A stretch of DNA of 34,253 nucleotides from Oscillospiraceae bacterium (GTDB lineage: Bacteria; Bacillota; Clostridia; Oscillospirales; Oscillospiraceae): positions 1 to 34,253 of the forward strand of contig JAEETR010000194.1 in NCBI GenBank assembly GCA_016286595.1, given 5' to 3'. Numbering within the stretch: the first letter of the stretch is position 1; each line of letters starts with the position of its first letter. The position numbers and the translations under genes are program-made. Shown here one piece after another: positions 7,146-15,361 of this stretch. Below the pieces are notes generated by a model. That model saw only the letters and a list, made by a program, of their open reading frames with translations. It searched no databases and was not told the DNA's origin.

Positions 7146-7314
7146 AATAAAAATCACACCTCGATATCATCATCGGGTGTGACAAGGCGCGCAGACGCCA
7201 AACCCATCTTTTCCCATCCAGACTGTAACTGTCGGCACCGGAATCTGACCGGTTCGGCGCTTGCGCGCTCGCGGGCTGTACCGCCGGTGGGGACTTTCAC
7301 CCCGCCCTAAAGAT
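7146..7314 (-). promoter_or_regulatory. FMN riboswitch (RFN element) with terminator-type expression platform
   Basis: Minus strand: ATCTTTAGGGCGGGGTGAAAGTCCCCACCGGCGGTACAGCCCGCGAGCGCGCAAGCGCCGAACCGGTCAGATTCCGGTGCCGACAGTTACAGTCTGGATGGGAAAAGAT. It contains the conserved RFN blocks AGGGCGGGGTGAAA.TCCCCACCGGCGGTA, AGCCCGCGAGC, GCCGACAGT.ACAGTCTGGATGGGA.AAGA, and a P1 helix ATCTTT/AAAGAT (7206-7314). This is followed by hairpin TCACACC...GGTGTGA (7154-7182), TTTTT, then the RBS. Confidence 0.9.
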
Positions 7315-7416
7315 GACATTTCGGTTTTTAGTTGTTGCCCCCTGACGGGAACACGTATATACTATATCATAAATCCGATAATTGCAAGAGTTTTCAGAAC
7401 ACGAGGTATTATCTCC

Positions 7417-7920
7417 ATGGAGCGAAACGCGCAGACGACCTGCTGCTTCACGGGCTACCGGCCCCAGAAGCTGCCCTGGGGCTTCAATGAGGAGGACGAG
7501 CGGTGTCTTGCCCTCAAGCGCCGGATAGCCGACGCCGTCGAGGCGGTATATCACTCCGGCGTGCGCCACTTCATCTGCGGCATGGCCCAGGGGTGCGACA
7601 TGTTCTTCTGCGAGGCGGTGCTGGACCTGCGCGGCGACCTGCCCGGCATCACCCTGGAGGCCGCCATCCCCTGTGAGACCCAGGCCGCCGCCTGGCCCGA
7701 ACAGTGGCGGGAGCGATACTTCCGCCTTGTGAGCCAGTGCGACGTGGAGACGCTGGTGCAGAGGGCCTATACCCCCGACTGCATGATAAAGAGAAACCGC
7801 TACATGGTGGACAACTCCAGCGTGCTCATCGCCGTGTACGACGGTTCCTTCGGCGGCACCATGCAGACGGTGAACTACGCGCTGTCCAAAGGGCTGGAGA
7901 TAATCCAGCTCCTGCCGTAA
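7417..7920 (+). CDS. SLOG-fold DUF1273 protein (YpsA-like)
   Basis: Internal ATG 7417 (GAGG 10 nt upstream). The track start 7261 would read through the antisense FMN riboswitch. Motifs are typical of YpsA/DUF1273: CCFTGYRPQKLP, HFICGMAQGCDMFFCEAVLDLR, EAAIPCETQAAAW, RNRYMVDNSSVLIAVYDGSFGGT. Confidence 0.75.
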   Translation: MERNAQTTCCFTGYRPQKLPWGFNEEDERCLALKRRIADAVEAVYHSGVRHFICGMAQGCDMFFCEAVLDLRGDLPGITLEAAIPCETQAAAWPEQWRERYFRLVSQCDVETLVQRAYTPDCMIKRNRYMVDNSSVLIAVYDGSFGGTMQTVNYALSKGLEIIQLLP

Positions 7921-7966
7921 AAAAGAAAAAGACCGCGCTGATTGTCTCAGCGCGGTCTTTTATTTA
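7921..7966. terminator. bidirectional terminator between convergent genes
   Basis: GACCGCGCTGA (7931-7941) / TCAGCGCGGTC (7947-7957), flanked by AAAAGAAAAA and TTTTATTTAT. Confidence 0.85.
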
Positions 7967-7969
7967 TCT

Positions 7970-9334
7970 TCAGTCCAGCACCCTCACCGCGGTGATGACG
8001 GGCTGGTCCTCAACGTTCAGGATGGCGCCGATGTAGTCCCGGTCCACCTCGTCGCCGTGGGCCTCGATGGCCTGCACCACGTCGAAGCCGTCCACCACGT
8101 AGCCGAATCCGGCATACTTGCCGTCAAGGGGGGCGGTGCAGTCGGACAGACAGATGAAGAACTGGCTGGAGGCAGAGTCGTTGTCGTTGCTGCGCCGCGC
8201 CATGGATATGGCGCCCCGGTAGTGATGGAGGTCGTTGGTGATCCCGTTGGAGGAGAACTCGCCCTTGAGGGGCGTGCCGGAGCCGCCGTTGCCGTTATGC
8301 TCCGGGTCGCCGCCCTGAATGACGAAATCGTTCTGTATGCGGTGGATGGTCAATCCGTCATAGAACCCGCTCTCTGCCAGGGAGATGAAGTTCTCCACGG
8401 TGAGGGGGGCGGCGTCGGCGTCCAGCGCCAGAGTCACGGTGCCGTAGCCCTCGAAGTCGATGGCCACGTGGCGCACGTTGTCGGACAGCAGCGCCTCCAT
8501 GGCCTCGCCGTCGTACCTGTTGGCGGCGATATAGGCCTCCTCGGCTATGCGCGCCTCCTCGGCGGCCCGGGCGGCCCGCTTTTCTGCCACGTGCCGGTAT
8601 ATGACGGAGCCTCCGCCGATCACTATGGCCACGGCTGCCACGGCCGCCACGACCGTCAGTATGGTCTTTTTCTTTGCCGCGGCTTTCTCCTCGGCGGTAA
8701 AGGCCGGTATCAGATTCTCGGGGACCTTCTCCTCCCCTGCGGTCAGCACGGCGGCCAGGTTGGCGTAGGTCAGCTGATCGGCAAGCTCGGGGCGCTTTTT
8801 CTTTGCGGCCTCGACGGCCTTCTCGGCGGAGATGGGCCCGGTGAGGAAGAAGTAGGATGCGGCCTCCTCATCCAGCTTCAGGGCTTTGGCGGTACTGGCC
8901 ATGTCGAGTCCCGCCTGATTGCGCAGCAGGAGCATAAGCCGCTGGCGCTCGTCCACGGTGGAGAAGGCGGTGAGCAGCAGCTCCTTTGCCTCATCGCCCG
9001 GCACCACGCCGCCCGCCGCGTGGGGCACCCGCAGCTTCTTGTCCACGGTGTCGCGCCGGAAGGCGGAGGGGTTCTTCTCCTGTATCGTCTTTTTCGCGAA
9101 CCGGGCGGCGTAATCCCATATCACGCTGGTAAACGTGCGGTTGATGGGGTTGCCGTTGGAGGCCAGCGACCGCCACAGATTGTCCCATATTCTGGTGAAG
9201 GCTTTGGGGGCGTCCTTGCCGTACATCCTCCGGCAGAAGAACATCAGCTTCGGGCCGTAGGCGGATATGAGCTGCCCGCGGGCGCCCTTGTCCCCCTTCG
9301 CCGCTTTTGTTATAACACGCCAGTCGTCTTTCAT
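7970..9334 (-). CDS. membrane-anchored fusion: N-terminal sigma-70/ECF-like domain, single TM helix, C-terminal cyclophilin-type peptidyl-prolyl isomerase
   Basis: GGAGG lies 7 nt before the ATG. The C-terminal cyclophilin motifs are clear: LTIHRIQNDFVIQGGDP, GAISMARRSNDNDSASSQFFICL, GKYAGFGYVVDGFDVV. The TM segment is ILTVVAAVAAVAIVIGGGSVIY. The N-terminus resembles sigma region 2 (AAKGDKGARGQLISAYGPKLMFFCRRMYG) and region 4 (STVDERQRLMLLLRNQAGLDMASTAKALKLDEEAAS); that part is a by-eye assignment. Confidence 0.8.
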   Translation of the reverse strand: MKDDWRVITKAAKGDKGARGQLISAYGPKLMFFCRRMYGKDAPKAFTRIWDNLWRSLASNGNPINRTFTSVIWDYAARFAKKTIQEKNPSAFRRDTVDKKLRVPHAAGGVVPGDEAKELLLTAFSTVDERQRLMLLLRNQAGLDMASTAKALKLDEEAASYFFLTGPISAEKAVEAAKKKRPELADQLTYANLAAVLTAGEEKVPENLIPAFTAEEKAAAKKKTILTVVAAVAAVAIVIGGGSVIYRHVAEKRAARAAEEARIAEEAYIAANRYDGEAMEALLSDNVRHVAIDFEGYGTVTLALDADAAPLTVENFISLAESGFYDGLTIHRIQNDFVIQGGDPEHNGNGGSGTPLKGEFSSNGITNDLHHYRGAISMARRSNDNDSASSQFFICLSDCTAPLDGKYAGFGYVVDGFDVVQAIEAHGDEVDRDYIGAILNVEDQPVITAVRVLD

Positions 9335-9435
9335 CGAACTGCCTCCTGTGAGGTGATTATTTGTACGGCTCTCATTATACTATCTTCGCGGCAAAAATGG
9401 GAGCTTGATTTTGAATTTTGCGTAAATTTTGAAAA

Positions 9436-9482
9436 GAAAAAGCCCTCCCCCGACGCCGCGCACAGAGGGAAGGCTTTTTTAT
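9436..9482. terminator. terminator downstream of the MoxR operon
   Basis: Imperfect hairpin AAAAAGCCCTC...GAGGGAAGGCTTTTTT (about 9437-9480) with A/T runs on both sides. Confidence 0.6.
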
Positions 9483-9487
9483 ATCGT

Positions 9488-10726
9488 TTATTTCTTCTTC
9501 TCAGTGCCCGCCTTCTGGGCCGCGCGCAGTGCGGTCAGATCGTCCCGAGAACGCTTTGCGTCCTCGGCGGTCACGTCGTGAGTGCTGTATCTCGCCTCAA
9601 GCCAGATATTGCGCAGGTCCTCCGGGTCGGCGCCGGACACCCGCTCACGGTACAGGTCGCAGACCTGGCGGCTGGTGTCGCTGGGCGTCACCGTGCCGAT
9701 GGAGGCGCAAAGCTGCATGAACCGGCGGAAATTGTGGCGCACCTGATATCTGGGCGTGCCCCGCAGCAGCGTCTGGGCGGGACGGCTCTCCCGGCGGGTC
9801 ACGCTCTCCCTCGTCACGGTGCCGAAGCTGTCGCTGCGGGGGGCGGACCTGCGCTTTACGATGTTCATTATAACGAACACCGCCAGGCCGATGAAGATGA
9901 CTATGCCCAGCGCGGTCATTATGGCCTGGAACAGCGGCGATTCGCCGCCCTCCGCCTGCCGGTACATCTGTTCGGCGCTGGATACGGCCATCTCGAAGAA
10001 CTCCGGCTCCTCCTTGTCGGCCTTGTCGGGGAACAGGAAGCCGAAAATCTTCACTGCGCCGTAGCCTATGCCCACCAGCAGCAGGGCGAAGCCCATCAGC
10101 AGCGGGGACAGGACGTGCTGCCACAGCCACAGCAGCACCGCGCCGCAGGCGGCCATGAAGGCGTGGGAACTGAGCGCAAGGCACAGCGCCGCCACCGCCG
10201 CGAGTATGGCCAGATTCACGAGGTGGAACTTTACGCCCAGCGCCGCGGCGTTTCTGTGGCGCAGGGTGTTCAGAAGCACTATCGTTGCCGCCAGCCACAT
10301 GGCGAAAAACGGCACGCTCACCGCGTTGATATGCCGCATTGTCTTCGTGATGAAGGCGGCGACGCAGATGACGGCGAAGAACACTGACGTCAGCGGGAAG
10401 GACCGGGATATATCGTCGTAATCGGCGGCAAACCGGCCTGTCAGTGCCAGATATCCGGCGTATATCATCAGGGGTATGGGGAAGATCATCCCCGGGAGGC
10501 CGCCTCTCACGCCGATAAAACACAGCGCCAGCAGGGGCAAAGGCGCGTAACGCACAAAGGGCTTGTCGCTTCTGGTGGAGAATATGAGCAGCACCATGCA
10601 CAGCATGGCGGCTCCGGCGGCGGGCCACGGGTTGACGGTCACGCCCCACAGGGACAGGATATACCCGCCGAAGGTGACGTAAAGGCAGACGTCCCTCAGC
10701 GCCTTTTCTGCGTAGATTATCTCCAT
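9488..10726 (-). CDS. polytopic membrane protein with C-terminal DUF4129-like domain
   Basis: Internal ATG 10726 (GGAGG 7 nt upstream) overlaps the DUF58 stop by 10 nt. There are multiple TM helices, then a cytoplasmic tail ...FRRFMQLCASIGTVTPSDTSRQVCDLY...NIWLEARYSTHDVTAEDA typical of DUF4129. The track extension to 11056 lies inside the DUF58 gene. Confidence 0.7.
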   Translation of the reverse strand: MEIIYAEKALRDVCLYVTFGGYILSLWGVTVNPWPAAGAAMLCMVLLIFSTRSDKPFVRYAPLPLLALCFIGVRGGLPGMIFPIPLMIYAGYLALTGRFAADYDDISRSFPLTSVFFAVICVAAFITKTMRHINAVSVPFFAMWLAATIVLLNTLRHRNAAALGVKFHLVNLAILAAVAALCLALSSHAFMAACGAVLLWLWQHVLSPLLMGFALLLVGIGYGAVKIFGFLFPDKADKEEPEFFEMAVSSAEQMYRQAEGGESPLFQAIMTALGIVIFIGLAVFVIMNIVKRRSAPRSDSFGTVTRESVTRRESRPAQTLLRGTPRYQVRHNFRRFMQLCASIGTVTPSDTSRQVCDLYRERVSGADPEDLRNIWLEARYSTHDVTAEDAKRSRDDLTALRAAQKAGTEKKK

Positions 10727-11808
10727 TCGTCCGCCTCCTTCGTGGTGTCCAGCACCAGAAGCGCACCGCCCAGGCGGTTTTTCGCCGCCGTCAGCGCGGC
10801 GCGGGCGCTTTCGGGGATGCCCGGCGTGAGAAGGATGTAGGCTCTCCCCTGCTGCACGCCCCGGCCGATCCGTCCCAGGAGCCGGTTGAGGGGCTCTCCG
10901 TGGGTCTTCAGGGAACGGCCCAGGCCCTCCAGTATGGCGTTCATGTGGAGCCGGCCCATGCCGTCGCCCACGGAGGACCAATAGCCGGAGCGTCCTCCCG
11001 CCGCGGCGTTGGTGATAAGGGTATAGGACGTGTGGCGGCTCTCCAGCTCCTCGCACACGCCCCGGGTCAGAGAAAAGGTGCGCTCGAGCACCTCGTCCGC
11101 CACGTCCGGCGCGTGCTCCATGTTCAGAAGGATGGTGGCCGTCAGCTCCATCGTGTAGTCGAACTGCTTTACCATGAGCCTGTTGTCCCGCAGGGAGCGC
11201 TGCCAGGAGATGTTCTTCATGGGCTCGGCGCCGGTGTACTCCCGGAAGCCCATGGTCAGCACCGGGTCCTCAAGGATGAAGCGGCGCACGGACTGCTCCC
11301 CCAGATAGCTGCCGAAAACCTTCGTCAGCTCAGGCGGGCGCAGGCTCTCGGGGAAGATGACTATCTCTCTGTAAAGGCTCTCCTCCCGCATGGTCTGGGA
11401 AAAGCCCAGCAGGTCTCCGCCGGTGACGCGGGCGCTGCGCACGGTGTACTGTCCCCTCACGGGCAGACTCGCCCCCAGCGTTCTGGTAAGCCGCTGATGG
11501 GGCATGAGATAGGTGGTCTGATCCAGCCGGGCATACTTGTCCGCCGGCTGTATTATCCTCACGACAGAGGTCCTCCCGTCGCCCTCCAGATCTATATCAT
11601 AGGGCAGGTTCTCTGTGGTGCCGAGAAACAGCGAGGGCAGCGGCCCCGTATTCTCAATGGTCGTTATTAACTTGAACCGCTCTCCCGGCTCTGCCGTCAG
11701 CGTGGAAAACTGCAGGTCGTAGCGGATATCCCGCACCCCGCGGCGCAGGGTCAGCACCCGCAGCAAAGCGCCGCACACGAAGAGCACGGCGATAAAAAGG
11801 ATCGTCAT
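10717..11808 (-). CDS. DUF58 domain protein (MoxR-associated, vWA-like)
   Basis: Internal ATG 11808 overlaps the MoxR stop (ATGA). It has an N-terminal TM segment (ILFIAVLFVCGALLRVL). YREYTGAEPMKNISWQRSLRDNRLMVKQFD is the DUF58 signature region. Confidence 0.8.
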   Translation of the reverse strand: MTILFIAVLFVCGALLRVLTLRRGVRDIRYDLQFSTLTAEPGERFKLITTIENTGPLPSLFLGTTENLPYDIDLEGDGRTSVVRIIQPADKYARLDQTTYLMPHQRLTRTLGASLPVRGQYTVRSARVTGGDLLGFSQTMREESLYREIVIFPESLRPPELTKVFGSYLGEQSVRRFILEDPVLTMGFREYTGAEPMKNISWQRSLRDNRLMVKQFDYTMELTATILLNMEHAPDVADEVLERTFSLTRGVCEELESRHTSYTLITNAAAGGRSGYWSSVGDGMGRLHMNAILEGLGRSLKTHGEPLNRLLGRIGRGVQQGRAYILLTPGIPESARAALTAAKNRLGGALLVLDTTKEADEWR

Positions 11809-12746
11809 ATACTCTCGGTAGGCACGCTCACGCCGGCAAGCAGAGCGGTGAAGTAGTCGTCCATCTCCTTTTTGGTGGTTCCGGAGGCGAATATGCGGTG
11901 GCCCAGCACGTCGGGCACCAGGGCGCGGATATCCTCGGGTATCACGTAATCCCGTCCGGACAGGGCGGCGGTCACCTGGGCGGCGGAGTAAAGGGCGATG
12001 GCGCCGCGGGTGGAAACGCCGTAGGCCAGCTTGCCGTCGTTCCTGGTGCGCTGGACGACGTCCATTATGTACCCGGCGCACTCGTCGGATACCTCCACCT
12101 GGGGCCACAGCTTTTTGAGCTGATCTATCTCCTCAAAGGTCACCACGCTGTCCAGTTCCTCGACGATCTGGGACACGGGGCGGCGGGATATGACGGCCAG
12201 CTCCTGCTCCCGGGTCATATAGCCCAGGCTAAGGCGCATGAAAAAGCGGTCAAGCTGGGCCTCGGGCAGGGGGAAGGTGCCGTAGTTCTCTATGGGGTTC
12301 TGGGTGGCCATGACCATGAATATGCCGTCCATGGGATAGGTCACGCCGTCCACCGTTATCTGCCGCTCCTCCATGGACTCCAGCAGGCTGGACTGGGTGC
12401 GGGGCGTGGCGCGGTTTATCTCGTCGGCCAGGATGATCTGGGAGAACAGCGGACCGGGCCGGAACTCGAAGTCCCCGCTCTTCTGATTGTAGAAGTTGAT
12501 GCCCGTAAGGTCGCTGGGCAGAAGGTCGGGGGTGAACTGTATGCGCCGGAAGCTGCCGCCTATCGTTCTGGCGAAGGAACGCAGCAGCATGGTCTTGCCG
12601 GTGCCGGGCACGTCCTCCAGAAGGATGTGGCCGGAGCACAGAAAGCAGGTCAGCACCCGCTCGATGGCGGTATCCTTGCCCACTATGACCTTGCCGCAGT
12701 TTGAGAGCACTCTCTCCTTAACGCTGGTGAAAAGACCTGTATCCAT
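11805..12746 (-). CDS. MoxR-family AAA+ ATPase
   Basis: Walker A is LLEDVPGTGKT and Walker B is ILADEINRATPRTQSSLLE. ITVDG...FMVMATQNPIE..GT.PLPEAQLDRF matches the MoxR/AAA_3 family. Confidence 0.92.
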   Translation of the reverse strand: MDTGLFTSVKERVLSNCGKVIVGKDTAIERVLTCFLCSGHILLEDVPGTGKTMLLRSFARTIGGSFRRIQFTPDLLPSDLTGINFYNQKSGDFEFRPGPLFSQIILADEINRATPRTQSSLLESMEERQITVDGVTYPMDGIFMVMATQNPIENYGTFPLPEAQLDRFFMRLSLGYMTREQELAVISRRPVSQIVEELDSVVTFEEIDQLKKLWPQVEVSDECAGYIMDVVQRTRNDGKLAYGVSTRGAIALYSAAQVTAALSGRDYVIPEDIRALVPDVLGHRIFASGTTKKEMDDYFTALLAGVSVPTESI

Positions 12747-12805
12747 ATATTATCTACCTCTTTGCGGTATAAATTACTGCGTTTGGCGATCTGCCCGTCA
12801 ATCGG

Positions 12806-12836
12806 AAAAAGGCTGTGCATCAAGCCCAGCCTTTTT
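12806..12836 (-). terminator. terminator after the MarR gene
   Basis: AAAAAGGCTG (12806-12815) / CAGCCTTTTT (12827-12836) hairpin just downstream of the MarR stop. Confidence 0.5.
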
Positions 12837-12853
12837 CTTCCGGTCTCAATCGA

Positions 12854-13300
12854 TCATTCCAGATCCTCGATATTGTCCATCATTCTTGCCAGCAGCTTCA
12901 GCAGCGTCTCCCGCTCCTGCACGCTCATGCCCTCCGTGGCGGCGTTGTGCCACTCGGTGAGCAGGGCGAAATACTCGGGGATCACCGATTCGCCCTTTCC
13001 CGTAAGCTTCAGCACGTTGCGGCGCTTGTCCTGCTGTGACTGCTCCCTGGTGATATATCCCATGTTCTCCAGCTGGTGACACATGCGGGTTATGTTGCTC
13101 TTGTCTATCCGCAGATCCTTGCACAGCATGTCCTGGTTGGCTCCGGGGTGGTTCTTCAGGAAGATGAGCATGGTGAACATGGAGCCGTGGATCTTCTTAT
13201 GGCTTATATGGGCGTTGATGTAGCGCCTGCGCTGGAGATAGAGAAGACGGATATATCGGGATATTTCTCTTGCGTAGTTGTTCTCGATTTCGTTAGCCAC
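12854..13300 (-). CDS. MarR family transcriptional regulator
   Basis: The winged-helix core is FTMLIFLKNHPGANQDMLCKDLRIDKSNITRMCHQLENMGYITREQSQQDKRRNVLKLTGKG. It has a GTG start and lies 35 nt downstream of the MATE gene on the same strand. Confidence 0.88.
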   Translation of the reverse strand: MANEIENNYAREISRYIRLLYLQRRRYINAHISHKKIHGSMFTMLIFLKNHPGANQDMLCKDLRIDKSNITRMCHQLENMGYITREQSQQDKRRNVLKLTGKGESVIPEYFALLTEWHNAATEGMSVQERETLLKLLARMMDNIEDLE

Positions 13301-13335
13301 TTTTTTTCTCCGATCGTTCTGTTATTCGCCGGGGT

Positions 13336-14751
13336 TCATTTCGTGCTCTTTACGGGCTCTTCCGCTGTTTCTCCCCGTTCCAGCTTCTTCATCTCACGCA
13401 GCAGCGGGATGAGGAAGGCCACGGCGAGGATAACGCTCAGCAGGTCGGCCACGGCCTGAGAGGACGCAAGTCCGTACACGCCGAAGATCTTCGAAAGGAT
13501 TATCACGGCGGGGATAAGGCAGATGACGTTTCTGGAAAGGCCCAGCAGTCCCGCCGGTATGGCCCTGCCCAGGGCCTGGAAGAGACCGTTTACTATCATC
13601 ACCCACATATGGAACACCATGGTGGCGCACTGAGTGCGGACCATGAATTTGCCCAGGGCGATTATATCCGGGTCGCTGCCGTCGGTGAAAAGGCCGATTA
13701 TCTGGGCGGCGAAGATGAACATCACCGTGCCCAGCACAACGGCGCCGGTGGCGCCCATGGCGCTGCAGGTCCAGAAGGCGTGGCGCACTCTCTTGTAGTT
13801 TTTGGCGCCCCAGTTATAGCCTGCCACGGGCTGGAAGCCCTGGCCGAAGCCCATGACGGCGCTGCCCACCAGGCGGGTGCACTTGTTTGCCACGGATACG
13901 GCGGCAAGGGCGGCGGTGGAGAAGCTGCCGGCGATGCGGTTGATGACGATGATGGAGACGGTCATGGCGGTGCTGCGCAGGAAGGTGGGTATGCCCATCC
14001 TGGCCACCTCGGCGTAGATCGACCATTTGGGGGTGAAGTACTTCAGCTTGATGGCCAGCATCGTCCGCCCCTTTAGGAAGGGGTAGAGAAGCACGGCGAA
14101 GCTGATGAGTTTGGAAAGATCCGTGGCGATGGCCGCGCCGGCAACGCCCAGATCGAAGGTGTAGATGAAAAGCGGGTCCAGCGCGATGTTCACCAGGCAG
14201 CCGGACACCATGCCCACCATGGAGTAGGTGGTGCTGCCCTCCGCCCTGAGTATCTGGCTGAGGACCACCTCGCCGGCGGTGAGGGGCGCGCCTATGAGTA
14301 TCCATGAGGCGTAGGCCGAGGAGTGGTGGACTATGTCGGGCGTGGCGCCCAGGGCCCGGACGATGGGATCGACGAACATGAGGCATATTGCCGCCACTAT
14401 CGCCAGGAAGCCCAGGGCCGTGAAGAAGGTGGTGGAGCCCACCTGCGACGCCTCCTCGTCCCTCTTGGCGCCCAGCAGACGGGATATATAGCTGGAAGCG
14501 CCCATTCCGAAGGCGAACGCCGTGGAACGTATGAGCTGCAGCATGGAGTCGTTGACGCCCACCGCCGCCGTGGCCGTGGTGCCGAGCTTGCTGACGAAAT
14601 AAGTGTCCGCCATGCTGTAGAAGGAGTTTATGAGCATGGAGATTATCATGGGAAGCGCCACTATCGGAATGACCTTGACGACGTTGCCCTCCAGCATCAT
14701 CGCCCGGCGCTGCTCGCGCTTAAGGGTATTGGGATCAGCCAATTCTGCCAC
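13336..14751 (-). CDS. MATE family efflux transporter
   Basis: About 12 TM segments and typical MATE N-terminus (...PIVALPMIISMLINSFYSMADTYFVSKLG). The exact start is uncertain: GTG 14751 is used, and an internal Met is possible. Confidence 0.85.
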   Translation of the reverse strand: MAELADPNTLKREQRRAMMLEGNVVKVIPIVALPMIISMLINSFYSMADTYFVSKLGTTATAAVGVNDSMLQLIRSTAFAFGMGASSYISRLLGAKRDEEASQVGSTTFFTALGFLAIVAAICLMFVDPIVRALGATPDIVHHSSAYASWILIGAPLTAGEVVLSQILRAEGSTTYSMVGMVSGCLVNIALDPLFIYTFDLGVAGAAIATDLSKLISFAVLLYPFLKGRTMLAIKLKYFTPKWSIYAEVARMGIPTFLRSTAMTVSIIVINRIAGSFSTAALAAVSVANKCTRLVGSAVMGFGQGFQPVAGYNWGAKNYKRVRHAFWTCSAMGATGAVVLGTVMFIFAAQIIGLFTDGSDPDIIALGKFMVRTQCATMVFHMWVMIVNGLFQALGRAIPAGLLGLSRNVICLIPAVIILSKIFGVYGLASSQAVADLLSVILAVAFLIPLLREMKKLERGETAEEPVKSTK

Positions 14752-14825
14752 CTCTGCTTTCCGCCGACGACATGCGGAAACGTCTCCTGCCCATATCTCG
14801 ACTTTTTGTTGTTTAATGTCACTTT

Positions 14826-14854
14826 ATTATATTATAGCGGCGGTGCCTTGTCAA
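14826..14854 (-). promoter_or_regulatory. SigA-type promoter of the MATE-MarR operon
   Basis: Minus strand has TTGACA (14849-14854), a 17-nt spacer and TATAAT (14826-14831), both perfect. A second TTGACA lies one helical turn upstream (14859-14864). Confidence 0.75.
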
Positions 14855-15127
14855 TAATTGTCAAAGGCCCGCGGCCAATTCCCGGCCTTGAAATAAGTTG
14901 AAAAAACAATGGTCAAAGCCGCCGTTTTCTCCCCTGACGTCCAGCCGGGATACGCGATTTTCTCCCCTTGTCGCATATGCCGATATTTTCCCGCATTTTA
15001 ACGAAACGCCGACGCCCGTTCCCCCGGTGTACTTTGCCGGGACGGGGCCGCATACTGTTCACCGAAGGGGCGCCGGCGCCCCGAATCGCTGAAGTCCCCG
15101 GCAATACGGGGCGGAAGGGAGATAATC

Positions 15128-15352
15128 ATGGTCAAAAGGTTCAAACACTGGATGGATAGGCTGCCGTCCTCCCGGCGGCGGTGGCTGTCCCGGGGGGCCA
15201 CGGCGCTGGCGGCGGTGCTGATCTTCGCCGCGGTGTCGGCGCCGGAGTACGTCGCCGCCTGGTCGGCGGCGAAGGAAAAGCCCATCTACTGCGTGCAGAG
15301 GGACCAGAAAATGGTGTCCCTGACCTTCGACGCAGCGTGGGCTGACGTATGA
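15128..15352 (+). pseudogene. 5' remnant of a polysaccharide deacetylase (NodB-type, PdaB-like) gene
   Basis: The 74-aa ORF has a signal anchor (ALAAVLIFAAVSA). It then reads EKPIYCVQRDQKMVSLTFDAAWADV*, which stops inside the first conserved NodB motif (..[VI]alTFDaaWg..). A terminator and a convergent gene follow at once, leaving no room for the catalytic domain. Confidence 0.55.
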
Positions 15353-15361
15353 TTGCGGCAC

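Noticed and set aside
8057-10387. 776-aa plus-strand ORF, the longest in the track
   Set aside because: It runs antisense to three well-supported minus-strand genes (cyclophilin fusion, terminator region, DUF4129 membrane protein) and crosses an intergenic terminator. Its product is low-complexity G/A/H/R/V-rich with no recognisable motif. This is the typical stop-poor antisense frame of GC3-rich coding DNA.
9488-11056. Track version of the DUF4129 membrane protein with a 110-aa N-terminal extension. Similar over-extended starts occur at 10717-12108, 5462-6358, 7261-7920, 28850-29179, 32599-33579, 21141-21905 and 3291-4955.
   Set aside because: The extensions overlap upstream genes, terminators or the riboswitch, and are Arg/Pro/Gly-rich. 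Internal ATGs with GGAGG-type RBS and sensible N-termini (signal peptides, family-typical starts) were used instead.
14865-15127. Possible riboswitch (ydaO/c-di-AMP-like) or small ORFs upstream of the deacetylase remnant. The region includes CCGAATCGCTGAAGTCCCCGG and the 16-nt palindrome GGGGCGCCGGCGCCCC.
   Set aside because: The diagnostic ydaO blocks (GGGGACCCA, CAGCTAACCTCGTAAGCG) are absent. The ORFs here (14898-15092, 14913-15104, 14968-15159, 14998-15285) are Arg/Pro-rich with no RBS. Only generic GC hairpins remain.
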